NCBI GenBank assembly: GCA_964619725.1
Contig: CAZUFC010000049.1
Coordinates: 1 to 56,363, forward strand
Direction: 5' to 3'
DNA: 56,363 nt
Source: an uncultured bacterium
GTDB lineage: Bacteria; CSSED10-310; CAZUFC01
The notes under the pieces were generated by a model. The model did no database searches. It had not been told where the DNA came from and saw nothing but the letters and a program-made list of their open reading frames with translations. Shown here in pieces: positions 37,968 to 49,520 of this stretch (the stretch's first letter is position 1; every line of letters begins with the position of its first letter). The position numbers were made by a program, and so were the translations under genes.

Positions 37968-38969
37968 ATGGATTTTTTAGAAAGTATGCGAGAGAGGGCT
38001 CAGGCCGGACCACGCAAAATAGTGTTTCCTGAAGGTGAGGAGCCTCGAGTTATAAGCGCTGTAAAGAGAATTTTAGAGTTAAAGACGGCCTATCCGATTT
38101 TGTTGGGTGATGTGGAAAGAATCAGCAAAATGTGCGAGAGGGAAGGTTTTGATCCATCAGGAGTTGAGCTGATTAATCCGGCGGATTCGGACCGTCTGCC
38201 TGACTTCAGCGAAACGTATTATGAGTTGAGAAAACATAAAGGGATAACGCGCGAAGAGGCTTCGGAAGCGATAAAGGACCCGGTTTTCTTCGGCGCCATG
38301 ATGCTGAAGAAGGACCTGGCGGACGGATATGTATGCGGATCAGCGACGACAACGGCCAAGACGGTGCAGGCAGGATTGAGGATAATCGGCATGCAGCCGG
38401 GAATTAGAGTATTATCCGGCGCGTTCGTTATGATTCATCCGGAACCGCGGTGGGGCAAGGACGGATTATTTTTATATGCGGATACGGCCGTAACGCCTAA
38501 TCCCAGCGCCGAAGGACTGGCGGAAATTGCGCTTACAACGGCAAAAACGGCCCGGAATCTGCTGAACACCGAACCTTATGTGGCCATGCTGTCTTTCTCG
38601 ACTAAAGGCAGCGCCAGACATGAAGACGTCGATAAGGTCGTTAGGGCGACAAAAATTGCAGCAGAACGGGAACCATCATTAAAAATCGACGGCGAAATGC
38701 AATTCGATGCCGCGGTCATTGAAAAGACAGGGCAGAAGAAGGCGCCGGGCAGTCCCGTACCCGGAAAAGCCAACGTCTTTATTTTCCCGGACCTGGATGC
38801 CGGCAACATCGCTTACAAGATTACCCAGTATCTGGGCGGGGCCCGTGCAATCGGACCCATCCTTCAGGGTATGGTCAAACCGGCCAACGACCTCTCCCGC
38901 GGCTGCAGCGTAGAAGATATAGTAAATCTGACCGCCATTACGGTCGTCCAGGCGCAGGACCCTGATTGA
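37968..38969 (+). CDS. pta: Phosphate acetyltransferase (short form)
   Basis: IVFPEG, AMLSFSTKGSA, IDGEMQFDAA, FPDLDAGNIAYK, GPILQG and NDLSRGC; GGAGG RBS before the ATG at 37968. Confidence 0.95.
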   Translation: MDFLESMRERAQAGPRKIVFPEGEEPRVISAVKRILELKTAYPILLGDVERISKMCEREGFDPSGVELINPADSDRLPDFSETYYELRKHKGITREEASEAIKDPVFFGAMMLKKDLADGYVCGSATTTAKTVQAGLRIIGMQPGIRVLSGAFVMIHPEPRWGKDGLFLYADTAVTPNPSAEGLAEIALTTAKTARNLLNTEPYVAMLSFSTKGSARHEDVDKVVRATKIAAEREPSLKIDGEMQFDAAVIEKTGQKKAPGSPVPGKANVFIFPDLDAGNIAYKITQYLGGARAIGPILQGMVKPANDLSRGCSVEDIVNLTAITVVQAQDPD

Positions 38970-39050
38970 CAGAAAGAAAGCGCACTTTTTGACGTTCAGG
39001 AAATGAAGCTTGCCGGGCGGGGGGTTCCTGCCGGAGAGCTTCATTTTTTT

Positions 39051-40745
39051 TTATTCGTTACCCATTACGCTTGCCGTATTTCTCGGAATGTCCCTGGATT
39101 CTGCGAAATCCTTATCTGCTTTATATATCAGCACACAGTCGGAGTTTTTCCATATTTTTTTCGGTAAAGGAAAGGATTTCCACAGTTTATAGGATTCGTT
39201 GAAGTCGTTTGACCGGAAAAGACTGGCAGCGGCGAAACAGTTTAAAGTGACTATCAGGTCCGGTTTGAGCGTCATAACGAAATTCGATGATATGGCGCTT
39301 AATCCGGGAGAAATCCTTTCATTTTCCGGTACGGGGATGAAAGGCAGAGCTTCCGGGGTAACCAGTCCGCATGAATCCAGAAGTTTTCCGCGAAAGGCAT
39401 ATCCGAGCGCTCCTATTTCAGGCGAAACTGCTGTTTTATCGTGAGCATTCAAGTTAAGCCAGTCCCCGGCCTGAAGATACACTTGCGTTCTAAGCCGCCG
39501 GGCGTCGTTTTGAAGCGCGGAAGCCAATCCCTCCGGATGACTTCTATATACCTTATATGTATTCCAGGAGAAAAATATTATAAGAACGGCGACGGCTGCA
39601 TTTTTCAATGGTCGTTTCCATTGCGATACCGATACGTGAGATACTCTGTCGGCAATATGACTAATCAAAGCAGGAATGCCCAGAAAGACGGTCAGAAACC
39701 AGAAGAGATACAGGGCCGGGTAATACCATCCGGCCAACAGAGGATTACCCAGGGAATAGGTTGCAAAGAGAGATATAAAGATACAGCAGGAAAGAGCCGG
39801 GACAGGCGATTTTTTAAAATCCGCCAGGCTGCCGGCAATGCCTGCTGAAAGCAGCGCAATGGTCAACGGCGAAACGATACGGTCCACCCGGGCATGGGAA
39901 GCTCTAAATGTCCAATATTCAATCAGCATAATCATTTGCCTGAAAGCTTTTCCGGCCGGCAAAGGATACAGCGGCTTCATCTTGGCGGTTATGGAGTGAG
40001 GTATGACGGTACCGTAATAGACGTAAGCGAATAAAGCCCAGACCGCAACAGGGACCCACATCGCCGCTATCATCTTCAAAAACGGCAGGGAAAAGTCGGG
40101 GTCTTTTCGAGTCCTGTATATTTTCATTAAAAACAACGCCATAGAACCGAGCGAACAGAAAATGACGCCTTCCGGACGAGCCAGGCAGGACATGCCCAGC
40201 AGAAAGGATGCCGACGTCCATCTTCTGACGGATACTGCAAATAGAAAAGCTGCAAGCAAGGCCGTAAAAAGCTGCGATTCCATACCCCCTGATGAATACA
40301 GCAGCATGTCCGGCTGCATGACAAAAACAGAGCCGGCAAGGAATGCCGGCAGGAAAGACAAACGGCGGCGAGTAAGCGCTGCAATTATGAAAACCGCAGT
40401 CAGAATATAAAATACCGCATTAATACGAATTGCAAGAACGCTTGTCGGCGAAGCAAACAAATATTTCAGGCCTATGAGAACAATCAGGTATAAAGATGAG
40501 GATACCCCGAATACTCTCTCATTCTTATTGTAAACCAGGCCGTTCCCCGAATGAAAATTATCCGCATACCTGAAGGTGATGTACGCGTCGTCGAAGGGTA
40601 TAACCGGACAATTCGCATGCCAGTGAACAGCATAAAAGATCGTCGAGAGAAAAATCGCCGACGATACTACGGTCAAAGTAAACTTAACGGGTTGAGTCTT
40701 CCATCTCATAGCCGCCTGGGAATGTCCCACCTCCCATGCATCCAT
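39051..40745 (-). CDS. Polytopic membrane protein, GT-C glycosyltransferase-like (AftB/ArnT-related)
   Basis: FDDAYITFRYA...GLVYN..ERVFG, GGMES, LARPEG and EIGALGY...DSCGLV motifs; many TM segments. Confidence 0.7.
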   Translation of the reverse strand: MDAWEVGHSQAAMRWKTQPVKFTLTVVSSAIFLSTIFYAVHWHANCPVIPFDDAYITFRYADNFHSGNGLVYNKNERVFGVSSSLYLIVLIGLKYLFASPTSVLAIRINAVFYILTAVFIIAALTRRRLSFLPAFLAGSVFVMQPDMLLYSSGGMESQLFTALLAAFLFAVSVRRWTSASFLLGMSCLARPEGVIFCSLGSMALFLMKIYRTRKDPDFSLPFLKMIAAMWVPVAVWALFAYVYYGTVIPHSITAKMKPLYPLPAGKAFRQMIMLIEYWTFRASHARVDRIVSPLTIALLSAGIAGSLADFKKSPVPALSCCIFISLFATYSLGNPLLAGWYYPALYLFWFLTVFLGIPALISHIADRVSHVSVSQWKRPLKNAAVAVLIIFFSWNTYKVYRSHPEGLASALQNDARRLRTQVYLQAGDWLNLNAHDKTAVSPEIGALGYAFRGKLLDSCGLVTPEALPFIPVPENERISPGLSAISSNFVMTLKPDLIVTLNCFAAASLFRSNDFNESYKLWKSFPLPKKIWKNSDCVLIYKADKDFAESRDIPRNTASVMGNE

Positions 40746-41121
40746 CCCCTCTAAGTTTTTCGTCGACTATTCGTTTCAACAGGCCCGTTTTATCGGAAGT
40801 GTGGTCAGCTCCTGTTCGTTATAACCATAATAGATGGAAAAGAGCAGAAAATCAATAGAATATTTGAATAAAAGCATTCCGACGTATCATTTTTTCAAGG
40901 CCGGCCGCTTCCCACTATCAAGCAAAGCCCATTACGAACGCAACGTACATATCCCCCAGAATACATGAACACCCCCTAAAGAACACACTCGTTATGGCGC
41001 GGCTGTACTTATGCCGCCCTCCAGTACGGATCGCCTGAACCTTCAGTAACCTGAATGCTGTTAATAAGATTCTATATGACAAATGCAGGGTTGAAGAGCA
41101 GGCGCAGAAAAAGGCGACTGA

Positions 41122-42513
41122 TCACCAGTCCATATTACTCATGGGACTCAAATCAACCTGCGTCCAGTCGTTGCCTGCAGAAAACCAGGTTTGACTTTGA
41201 TTAACGTTGTTCCAGAGAGCCTGCCCTCCGGAAGTCCTTTTGGCTTGTCCCCGCCCGTAGCCTCTTCCGGACGAAAGATTAGCCCAGGCGATGCGACTCC
41301 AGGCTTTCATTTTCAAAGCATTAATATACTTCTGTTGGGCTTTCGACAGATCAACGGATTCTGTATCGTTGCGTTGTAATATTTGTTTTTTAAAGTTTTC
41401 CCTTTCCTGTTCGCCGGCTTTTTCCCAGGCCAGCCTGAATCGTCCCCAGATAAGAGGATAGGCCCTCAGAGCTTTCCGTTCCTCTTTACCCATTTCTTTA
41501 TAGCGTTCTATCAGCGATTGTTTGAGGGTGTCCCGTTGTTGATTATTGAGTTTAATCGGCCGACCTTCGGAGAGACTGCCGTAGAATTCGAATAGCTCGA
41601 TCATGGCGGCGAAGGTTTGTTCAGCAAGGGGCAGATCGCCGGGTACGATTATCGATGCTTCGGGGTCGGCGAGTTCTCTTACGATTTGAAGCAGGACGGC
41701 CTCTTCGGGACCGTCCTGAGTTTCAGTTAAAAGCTGATTTTTTATTGATCTGAAGAATATTTTCTGCTCTTCCTCCGAGAGCTGTTCGATGCGCTTGAAA
41801 TTATGTCTTATTCTCAAGACGTCGTTCCGTCCTTCCGGGCTTTTTTCAAATTCAGTTTTAATGGCTGATCTAAGGCGTCTTTTCTGGTCCTGAGTAAGCG
41901 GCATGCCGAAACTGCATTCAAGAAGCTTGTAGTAAAGTACAACATCCTCGCCCAATAATGCCGGATCGCCTGGAACTATTATTTCGCTTCCTTTTGTAAC
42001 GATGAAGGATTGATTTAATATCTCATTATCGCTCTGATTCTGCGTTTTTTCATTTTTCTCCGGTTTGTTTAATTCTGCCGTTGCTCTGGAGGAAACGCGT
42101 GAAGCCGAAGCTGCAGGCTTATCATCAGGTTCCAGTTTTCCTATGCCGGAGTCGGCTCCTTCTGCAGAAGCGGGACTGCCGTTGAAATAGAGATTAAGAG
42201 TATATTCGCAGGGAGAAAAAAGTCCTGACAGTAAAATTCTGTATAGCCCCGGTTTGTCGACTTGATGTTGGAGAACCAGGGAATTTTGTCCGGACTGATG
42301 CATAGCTTCCGCCAGGTATCCCCAGTTTTCATCGGAAAGCATTATGGTCATATCATCTATTTTTCCCGTGGCTTCCGCTTTGATTTCACCGGCTTCCGTC
42401 ACCCTGATTATAAACTCGTCACGGTCATCACTGGGGATGTTTCCGGTCCAGGATTGCGCTGCAGTTACGGCCGGAATCAGGAATATGGCCATAAGAACCG
42501 TCGATAATTTCAT
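41122..42513 (-). CDS. Exported hypothetical protein (N-terminal PPC-like beta domain, helical C-terminal region)
   Basis: AGGAG RBS; signal peptide; PGLYRILL...YTLNL pattern; internal IIVPGD..L duplication. Confidence 0.65.
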   Translation of the reverse strand: MKLSTVLMAIFLIPAVTAAQSWTGNIPSDDRDEFIIRVTEAGEIKAEATGKIDDMTIMLSDENWGYLAEAMHQSGQNSLVLQHQVDKPGLYRILLSGLFSPCEYTLNLYFNGSPASAEGADSGIGKLEPDDKPAASASRVSSRATAELNKPEKNEKTQNQSDNEILNQSFIVTKGSEIIVPGDPALLGEDVVLYYKLLECSFGMPLTQDQKRRLRSAIKTEFEKSPEGRNDVLRIRHNFKRIEQLSEEEQKIFFRSIKNQLLTETQDGPEEAVLLQIVRELADPEASIIVPGDLPLAEQTFAAMIELFEFYGSLSEGRPIKLNNQQRDTLKQSLIERYKEMGKEERKALRAYPLIWGRFRLAWEKAGEQERENFKKQILQRNDTESVDLSKAQQKYINALKMKAWSRIAWANLSSGRGYGRGQAKRTSGGQALWNNVNQSQTWFSAGNDWTQVDLSPMSNMDW

Positions 42514-42701
42514 GGTTTTCTCCTTTCCGCTGCTGAGATATTTTTTTAATGAGCCCGGTCCCTCTCATACCAAAAGCTAAAAACCGGCGCTAAACCGGCT
42601 GCGGTTGAGTTAATCCGTGCGTTAACATTTTAAACCGCAACCTTACAATGGCATTTCGGAGCATATTATAACCCTTCGACAGGGAATTACAACTCAGTCA
42701 G

Positions 42702-44339
42702 CTACTTTTTCCTTTTTTTCAGAAATTCATCAATCAAACCGGCAGTGGAGGAATCATGCTCGCCAGTCTTGCCGCTTTTCAATTCCGGCAGGATAACGCC
42801 GGCCAGTTTTTTGCCCAGTTCTACTCCCCATTGATCGAAGCTGTTGATGTTCCATATTACGCCCTGAACGAATATTTTGTGTTCGTAAAGCGCTATCAGT
42901 CTTCCCAGCGTACGGGGGGACAATTCGTCAATAAGAAAGGTATTGGTGGGTTTATTTCCCGGGAATGTGCGATAAGGAGCCAATCGTCGTGCTTTTTCTT
43001 CGGAGAGACCTTCTTTTTTCATGTTTTCTATTGCTTCTTTCTCAGTCAGTCCGAAAGCCAGCGCTTCTGTTTGAGCGAAAAAATTGGCCATGAGTTTTTC
43101 ATGGTGATCGCCCGTGTTTTCGGGAGGATTGATGAAGCCGATGAAATCAGCCGGGATCATTTTTGTCCCCTGGTGCATCAACTGGTAAAAAGAATGCTGA
43201 CCGTTCGTGCCGGGTTCTCCCCAGATGATCGGTCCTGTCTGATAATCGATTTTACGCCCCTGTGAGTCGACCGATTTACCGTTGCTTTCCATGTCGCCTT
43301 GCTGAAAATAAGCGGGAAACCTCGACAGGTAATCGCTGTAAGGCAGCAAAACGTGCGTCTCCGCTCCGAAAAAATCTCCGTACCATATTCCCAGCAGCGC
43401 CATGATGACCGGAATATTTTTTTCATAAGGCGCGCCAAGAAAATGTTTGTCGACATCCTCAGCCCCCTGCAGCAATTCCGCGAACTTTTCATAACCGATT
43501 CGGCAAACGATGGGCATGCCGATAGCCGACCATAGCGAGTATCTTCCTCCAACGAAATCCCAGAATTCAAACATGTTATCGGGATCGATGCCGAATGCTT
43601 CCACTTTATCTCTCTCCGTCGATAACGCCGCAAAATGGTTTTTTACTGCGGCTTCGCCGAGTTTCTCAATCAGTGCGTTTCGAGCTGTATGAGCGTTCGT
43701 CAGCGTTTCCTGCGTCGTAAAAGATTTTGATGCCACAAGAAACAGCGTCGTCTCAATATCGACTCTTTTCAAAACCTGTAAAACGTCCGCTGCATCTACA
43801 TTGGATACAAAATGAACTTCCGGTCCGTCCGCGTAATGCTCCAAAGCCCGGCAAACCATTTCCGGGCCCAGGTAAGAACCCCCTATGCCGATATTTACGA
43901 CATGCTCGATCCTTTTTCCCGTATAACCGGTCCAGTCACCGTTTCTTACAGCATCAGAGAAGCGGTGCATTTTTTCACGAACTTTCCTGATATCGGGCAT
44001 GACCTCTTCGCCGTCTACAAAAACCGGGCGTGAAGAAAAATTCCGCAATGCCGTGTGCAGAACCGCACGGCCTTCAGTCCAGTTGATCTTTTCGCCGTTA
44101 ATCATCTTCTGCGTATATTCCGCAACGCCGCATGCCCGCGCAAGATCGATCAGTCGCTGCATGCACTCCTGATCAATAAGATTCTTGGAATAATCAAAAA
44201 GAATATTTAAAGAGGATTCATCAATGGAAAATTCGTTGAACCGTTGCGGGTCTGATTGAAATAATTCTTTCAGATGGACAGACTTTTTCTTTTCATAATG
44301 TTCCTCAAGTCGTTGCCATTCTCTCATTTCCTTAAGCAT
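42702..44339 (-). CDS. pgi: Glucose-6-phosphate isomerase
   Basis: [42 protein letters not shown] and [16 protein letters not shown] before the ATG at 44339. Confidence 0.97.
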   Translation of the reverse strand: MLKEMREWQRLEEHYEKKKSVHLKELFQSDPQRFNEFSIDESSLNILFDYSKNLIDQECMQRLIDLARACGVAEYTQKMINGEKINWTEGRAVLHTALRNFSSRPVFVDGEEVMPDIRKVREKMHRFSDAVRNGDWTGYTGKRIEHVVNIGIGGSYLGPEMVCRALEHYADGPEVHFVSNVDAADVLQVLKRVDIETTLFLVASKSFTTQETLTNAHTARNALIEKLGEAAVKNHFAALSTERDKVEAFGIDPDNMFEFWDFVGGRYSLWSAIGMPIVCRIGYEKFAELLQGAEDVDKHFLGAPYEKNIPVIMALLGIWYGDFFGAETHVLLPYSDYLSRFPAYFQQGDMESNGKSVDSQGRKIDYQTGPIIWGEPGTNGQHSFYQLMHQGTKMIPADFIGFINPPENTGDHHEKLMANFFAQTEALAFGLTEKEAIENMKKEGLSEEKARRLAPYRTFPGNKPTNTFLIDELSPRTLGRLIALYEHKIFVQGVIWNINSFDQWGVELGKKLAGVILPELKSGKTGEHDSSTAGLIDEFLKKRKK

Positions 44340-44493
44340 AAAGGACTCCTTTCCCAAGCCGAATATTCTGTTCCCTCACTTTATATTATTGCAAAATAAA
44401 GCATTAAAGTCCACTCTGGCGTTTTATCTCATTAAACGGCTGAATAAGTATTAGTCCGGAAGAAATCATTATTGCAGTTTTGACGACAGGAGT

Positions 44494-46854
44494 TTAATTT
44501 TCTTCATAGCGCCGGAAAGGATTCATATATTCCAGTTCAGGAACCGCATATCCGTTCTGATCGGTTATTCTGCAGTGAAACCCCCAATCGCCGTTATATT
44601 GGGTGATCTTCAGGAGCAGTTTATTATTGCCTTTTTTCATTTCTACCGGGATTATGTCTTGATCCAGCAGGAGTTTTCTGTTCAGGTTTTTCGACCAGAC
44701 CGGTTCATCGTTAAACCATACCTTGATGCCGTCGTCGGAACCCAGGCGAATGTGGACTTTCCTGTCGACTGCAGATTTGACTATGGTTAACGCGTAAACC
44801 AGGACTTCCCGGTCGGGTTGAAATAGGGGGAGCAGGTTTCGGGTATCCATATTACTTATGGACTTCCATTTCATGGGTCCGCCTTTGCCGTCATAGACAG
44901 CCGTGAGATTGATTTCTTTTTCCGGCGGATAGGCCTGATCGAATCTCTTCCCGTCCGTATTGTCGAAAGGTCCGATTACAGCCCAGTTTTTCGCCCTGAT
45001 GCCCGTCAGAAGGGCCATGGCTGAAGCCGCGATTCTTTTCACTTTCGGGTTGGGGTCTCGTTTCACCATTCTCAACAGAGCCGCTTCCACCTCTTCATCG
45101 CCGATTTTACCCAGCAGTTCGGCTGCAGAAGCGCGGACAGTAGCTTCGGGATTGCTCAGGTCTTTAATCATGGCTGAAGCCGCCTGGTCAGCCGCATCGG
45201 GATTATCAAGGCGCAGTATGGCTTCCACTGCTGCAAAACGGACCGTCGGTTCATTGTCATGAAGCATTCTCGCAAGAGCCTCTGCAGTAGATTCATCAGC
45301 AATATTGCCCAATGCGAAAACCGCTGCCTGTCTGACCTCCCACCTTGGATCCTTCAGAACCGCAGTCAGCGCGGGAACAGCCTCTCTCCATCCTAATTTC
45401 CCCATCATGTCGGCTGCGGCCAGGCGCACGAAGGGGTCATCGTTTTCCAGGGCTTTCATTAGAGTACGAAAAGCCGCCCGGTTACTTTCCGGCATATTTA
45501 TCCTGAAAAGCGACCCGGCAGCCTCAATAAGCAATTCCGGACTCTCCAGCGCGTCAAGCAGCGCCGGTGCGGCCCGACCGTCCTGGATTCTTCCCAGGGC
45601 TTCAATGGCGTATTTTTTAACCGTCAAAGAATCGTTAACAGCGGCCTCTATCAGTCCGGTGACTGCAGCGGACCGTTTCATCTTGCCCAGCGCTTCAGCG
45701 GCATATTTCCTCACCGCTTCATCCTCGTCTTTCAGGCTGTCCAGTAATATTTCAAGCAGTTTTTCGCTGCCTTTTTCGTCAGCTTTGACATTGCCCAGAA
45801 TCTCCACGGCCGTGCGCCGGAAATGAACCTCAGCATTTTTTATGCCGCTTGTCAGCATTTCCGTCACATGAGCCGGATGCATGCGCATCAAAGCGCTCTT
45901 TGCCGCTGTACGAACATCTCGATTCTCATCGCTCAAATATCCGCCTATGATCCATACTATCCTCGGATTCTTGGAGAAACTCAAAGCCCCCAGAACGCGC
46001 CTGCGCACCCTTGCCTCATGAAATGAATCGCCGCCGGAGCTGTCCAAAACCGATATCAGACTCCCGGCGGCTTTTTCGCCGAAAGACCGGAAGAGAGCGC
46101 CGGCGGGAAAATTCTGCATATCAGGAGACTCTTTGACGGCGTTGATCAGAAACGGCAAATCTTTCATCTCCCCCAGATCAATCAGCGCCTTAATCGCAAT
46201 GGGCCTGGTTTCCGGATGATCCAGCGCATTAATGAATTTGTCCGCAAAAGTATCCTTATGTTCATGTATAACCGGCGAATCTCCTTTCATAAGCCTGATG
46301 ATATATCCGATACCGGCTTTGCGAACATCGGGGTCCGCATCCTGCAGGGCGCTCGTCAGAGGAATTATGTTTGCCTGTCTCCCCTTTTCCATTTTGGTCG
46401 TATGGCGGGATATCGCTTTAATTTTGTATTCTTTCGGTATCCGGAGCATCAGAGGTTCTTCGAAAGGAAACGGCAAGCACAAAAAGGCTGTCACGCCTAT
46501 GAGTAAATACGTCAAGCCTTTTAATGACCTTTCCGTACGCTTTTTTGTCGTTAACTCTTTCGAAATAAGCAGCATGACGGAAGCAGAGAGCGTTGCAGAA
46601 ATGATCGAAATCCAATTCAAAGTCATTAAAGACCTGAAACCTGCTGCAGCAAGAATAAATGCTGTTGGAGGAGCGAAATTCCGTTTTTTGAAAATCACGT
46701 AACTGATTGCTGCTCCTGTTAAAGCCTGAAGGATCCATAAGGACTGATGACCGAACAAAAGTCCCGGATTATATGTGCTGACGGCAACCCAGGAGATGGA
46801 AGCCAGAATCAGAAGCAATCCGACTGTCTGATGCCTGGTTAAACGGCGTTTCAA
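44494..46854 (-). CDS. Membrane-anchored HEAT-repeat protein with C-terminal PA14/jelly-roll-like domain
   Basis: N-terminal TM segments; repeated LxDxxxxVRxxAAxALG; C-terminal WAVIGPF...LGSDDGIKVWFN...NKLLLKI. Confidence 0.8.
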   Translation of the reverse strand: MKRRLTRHQTVGLLLILASISWVAVSTYNPGLLFGHQSLWILQALTGAAISYVIFKKRNFAPPTAFILAAAGFRSLMTLNWISIISATLSASVMLLISKELTTKKRTERSLKGLTYLLIGVTAFLCLPFPFEEPLMLRIPKEYKIKAISRHTTKMEKGRQANIIPLTSALQDADPDVRKAGIGYIIRLMKGDSPVIHEHKDTFADKFINALDHPETRPIAIKALIDLGEMKDLPFLINAVKESPDMQNFPAGALFRSFGEKAAGSLISVLDSSGGDSFHEARVRRRVLGALSFSKNPRIVWIIGGYLSDENRDVRTAAKSALMRMHPAHVTEMLTSGIKNAEVHFRRTAVEILGNVKADEKGSEKLLEILLDSLKDEDEAVRKYAAEALGKMKRSAAVTGLIEAAVNDSLTVKKYAIEALGRIQDGRAAPALLDALESPELLIEAAGSLFRINMPESNRAAFRTLMKALENDDPFVRLAAADMMGKLGWREAVPALTAVLKDPRWEVRQAAVFALGNIADESTAEALARMLHDNEPTVRFAAVEAILRLDNPDAADQAASAMIKDLSNPEATVRASAAELLGKIGDEEVEAALLRMVKRDPNPKVKRIAASAMALLTGIRAKNWAVIGPFDNTDGKRFDQAYPPEKEINLTAVYDGKGGPMKWKSISNMDTRNLLPLFQPDREVLVYALTIVKSAVDRKVHIRLGSDDGIKVWFNDEPVWSKNLNRKLLLDQDIIPVEMKKGNNKLLLKITQYNGDWGFHCRITDQNGYAVPELEYMNPFRRYEEN

Positions 46855-47029
46855 TCGCGAACATCCGAATGCGATTATTTGAGGGAAGACCAGGATAGAA
46901 AAAAGGCCAGAAAAAACAGGGGCAAGCGACCGGCATACAATGTCGCGGCAAACATAATTATTACGCTGATGAATCCCATTCGCAGACGAAAACCGTGATC
47001 GTTTTCAAATTGTGTATGCTCCGGTCGAT

Positions 47030-49210
47030 TCATGCCGTTCGCCCCCGCGATTTCAACAGAAAAGAGAGGGCGTACATCAATGCCGTAAAGATCAGAAGAT
47101 TACGTATGCCGAAAGATAACGCGGAATACTCGAAAAGTCCTCCCAGAATGGCTCCGAGTAAATTTGAAGCAAAGGCGCGTTCGATTCTCGGGGATTTTTT
47201 GAGAGAAGAGGCGAATATAATGCCGGCGAAGAACAGCGGCATACCGGTAATTGCTGCAGATGTTATTATTTTAATGACGGTTGGTTGCGCGAGCAGGAGA
47301 TCTGCAGGAATAGAATAAGAGAGGCATAATGACAAAAACAGCAGGAAATAATAAGCCTCATTCCGTTCAATTTTAATACGGCTTACATAAAGATTAGCCA
47401 GAAGAATAACCCCCAGGGCCGCTGAAATGACTATGGAATTCACTACCCAGGTGGACCCGAAGAGAAGAGCCAGTTGGGTGATGCTTTTTATTTGAAGCAG
47501 CAGAAAAGCGCTGCCCAGGAAAAAGAAGTGAAAATTGACGTTCAGGGCTTCAGGAAAAGCGGCTCTAATGACCAGTATCGACGTTGCGGTTATAAGGATG
47601 ATCATGATCCAGTATTCAATCGGAACCCGGCGTTTTTCCAGGTACAAAAAAGGCCAGTCGTCGGTAGCCTTAGCGACTTCGGGATCGTATGAATATTTAT
47701 TGGCGTGACGCAGCTTCAACAGGGGAAAATCCGGCATCTCATCCACGTTGAAATCATCGACGCCCGGTCCTGTGACGAACAGGACGCTGCCGTCGTAAAA
47801 AGTCGAAAAGACAAGGGGCTCTTCTGCGTAAACTTCAGTCAGCATATTGAATATTCTTTGTCCTATCCAGCGACGATTTACGCTGAAGGTTAAAGCGATC
47901 GTTCCGTTCTCCTTCAGGTGTTCGGTCGCATCTCTGAAGCTGTCCAGGGTATAAACGAAGTTATCGAGTCTGATGCTGGACCTGGCCGACAACATCGTAT
48001 GTGAGTCAAGCAATCCGTAAACGATCATGTCGTAATTTTCATCCGTTCTGTGCAGAAAAGACCGGGCATCATCCACGTATGTCGTTACTTTAGAAGAATG
48101 ATACGGTTTTTCCGGATGCAGCTTGAAGCCTAGCTGTAAAATATCCCGGTCGATTTCAACAGCGTGCACAACTTCAGCGCCGTGCCTTAATGCCGCCGCA
48201 GCATCATTCCCCGCTCCTGCTCCCAGAATCAGGACTTTTGTGCAGTCGCTCACGTAATATGGCAGATCATAAGCATAGGCGTATTTTGAAAGAAAAGGGG
48301 CAGTGAATCCCTGTTCACTTATATATTCCTCAGATAAATTCAATATCCTTTGATGATAATCCTGGTTAACCGTCAAATTGTAACCGTATTCTAAATCATT
48401 CTCTACCAAAGGATCAATGTCGATCTTGTAGTAAGGCGACCAGAGGGAATCTCCCTGGTTTGCGAATAATACCAGTAAACATAGCCCCGTTAAGACCGAT
48501 GATAGGAAAAGAAAACGCCGCTGTGATCGAAAAAGTATTGCAGTTCCAGTAAAGCCGAATGCAAACCAGTAAATCGGCGACAAGGAGAGAGAAGAAAGGA
48601 CCGAAAAAGCCCAGGTTCCTGCCAGGCTGCCCAATATGTTGATCGTGTAGGCTTTTATCGGACTGAACCTCTGCATCAGCTTGCCCGTATGTTGACCGAG
48701 CGGCACGAATACGAGCGTGTTGAATAAAAAAAACGCCAGGAATAAGGCATAGAAAATCAACGTCGTCGATAAATTGCCGGGTGCATAAGACCAGATGAAT
48801 TCAGTTTCCGCCGGAGAACCGGAAAGAAATTTGTCAGGCAAAAACATTATGACAAGGGAATAAATGGAAATAATTAACGGAAAAAAAGGAAAAAAACTGG
48901 TTTTACGATTCGATGCCGCAAACCCGACACCCAACCCCAGAAATGCAGATATCAGCGGCAGATTTTTGTAATATGCGAAAATCCTCAGCTCGGTCGACAA
49001 ATGCCGGATAAGAAGAATCTCAAAAAATAAACCTAGAAAACTGACCAGAAAAAGGTCTAAACTCTTGTTAAAGCCCCCAATGTGAACATAGTAATCCTTA
49101 AATGAACCAAAAAGAGCCGCCGTTCGCTGAAAAACATGATTCAGAGACGAAAACGATTTATGTGCCTTGTTTTTGATTGGTTCACCTTTTTTGATTAACC
49201 GGCTTTTCAT
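47030..49210 (-). CDS. Membrane-fused spermidine-synthase-like SAM-dependent transferase
   Basis: TM domains flank VLILGAGAGND...AVEID...DDARSFL; ATDDWPFLYL. Confidence 0.82.
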   Translation of the reverse strand: MKSRLIKKGEPIKNKAHKSFSSLNHVFQRTAALFGSFKDYYVHIGGFNKSLDLFLVSFLGLFFEILLIRHLSTELRIFAYYKNLPLISAFLGLGVGFAASNRKTSFFPFFPLIISIYSLVIMFLPDKFLSGSPAETEFIWSYAPGNLSTTLIFYALFLAFFLFNTLVFVPLGQHTGKLMQRFSPIKAYTINILGSLAGTWAFSVLSSLSLSPIYWFAFGFTGTAILFRSQRRFLFLSSVLTGLCLLVLFANQGDSLWSPYYKIDIDPLVENDLEYGYNLTVNQDYHQRILNLSEEYISEQGFTAPFLSKYAYAYDLPYYVSDCTKVLILGAGAGNDAAAALRHGAEVVHAVEIDRDILQLGFKLHPEKPYHSSKVTTYVDDARSFLHRTDENYDMIVYGLLDSHTMLSARSSIRLDNFVYTLDSFRDATEHLKENGTIALTFSVNRRWIGQRIFNMLTEVYAEEPLVFSTFYDGSVLFVTGPGVDDFNVDEMPDFPLLKLRHANKYSYDPEVAKATDDWPFLYLEKRRVPIEYWIMIILITATSILVIRAAFPEALNVNFHFFFLGSAFLLLQIKSITQLALLFGSTWVVNSIVISAALGVILLANLYVSRIKIERNEAYYFLLFLSLCLSYSIPADLLLAQPTVIKIITSAAITGMPLFFAGIIFASSLKKSPRIERAFASNLLGAILGGLFEYSALSFGIRNLLIFTALMYALSFLLKSRGRTA

Positions 49211-49312
49211 GTTATGTCATATGATATCCAACGTCGCGCAGAGGAGGCTCAACATGAACGGCAACGAATAGAGTATATAGTCATATCATGTTCGATTCAA
49301 CCAGAATGTACC

Positions 49313-49368
49313 ATGGTATGGGATGGAGGAATGGATGGATGGGGTAAGGATGGAATGATGGGTACTGG
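49313..49368 (+). repeat. Degenerate 8-bp purine-rich array
   Basis: GGGATGGAGGAATGGATGGATGGGGTAAGGATGGAATGATGGG. Confidence 0.55.
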
Positions 49369-49520
49369 GCAAACCGGGATGGCGCTATTTCGTAAAATAT
49401 TTGACTGATTTAATTCCCATTGAGAAACAAACCATGACCTACAACTCTCTTTTTGAAGAACTCACATATGTTTTTTAGATCAAGTTTAAAGTTCGATGTA
49501 TTCATCTTGATCGCTAAATA

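Noticed and set aside
40750-41120. Possible ncRNA or repeat remnant in this intergenic gap
   Set aside because: Only weak short stems are present, with no second copy in the window and no recognisable RNA family motif.
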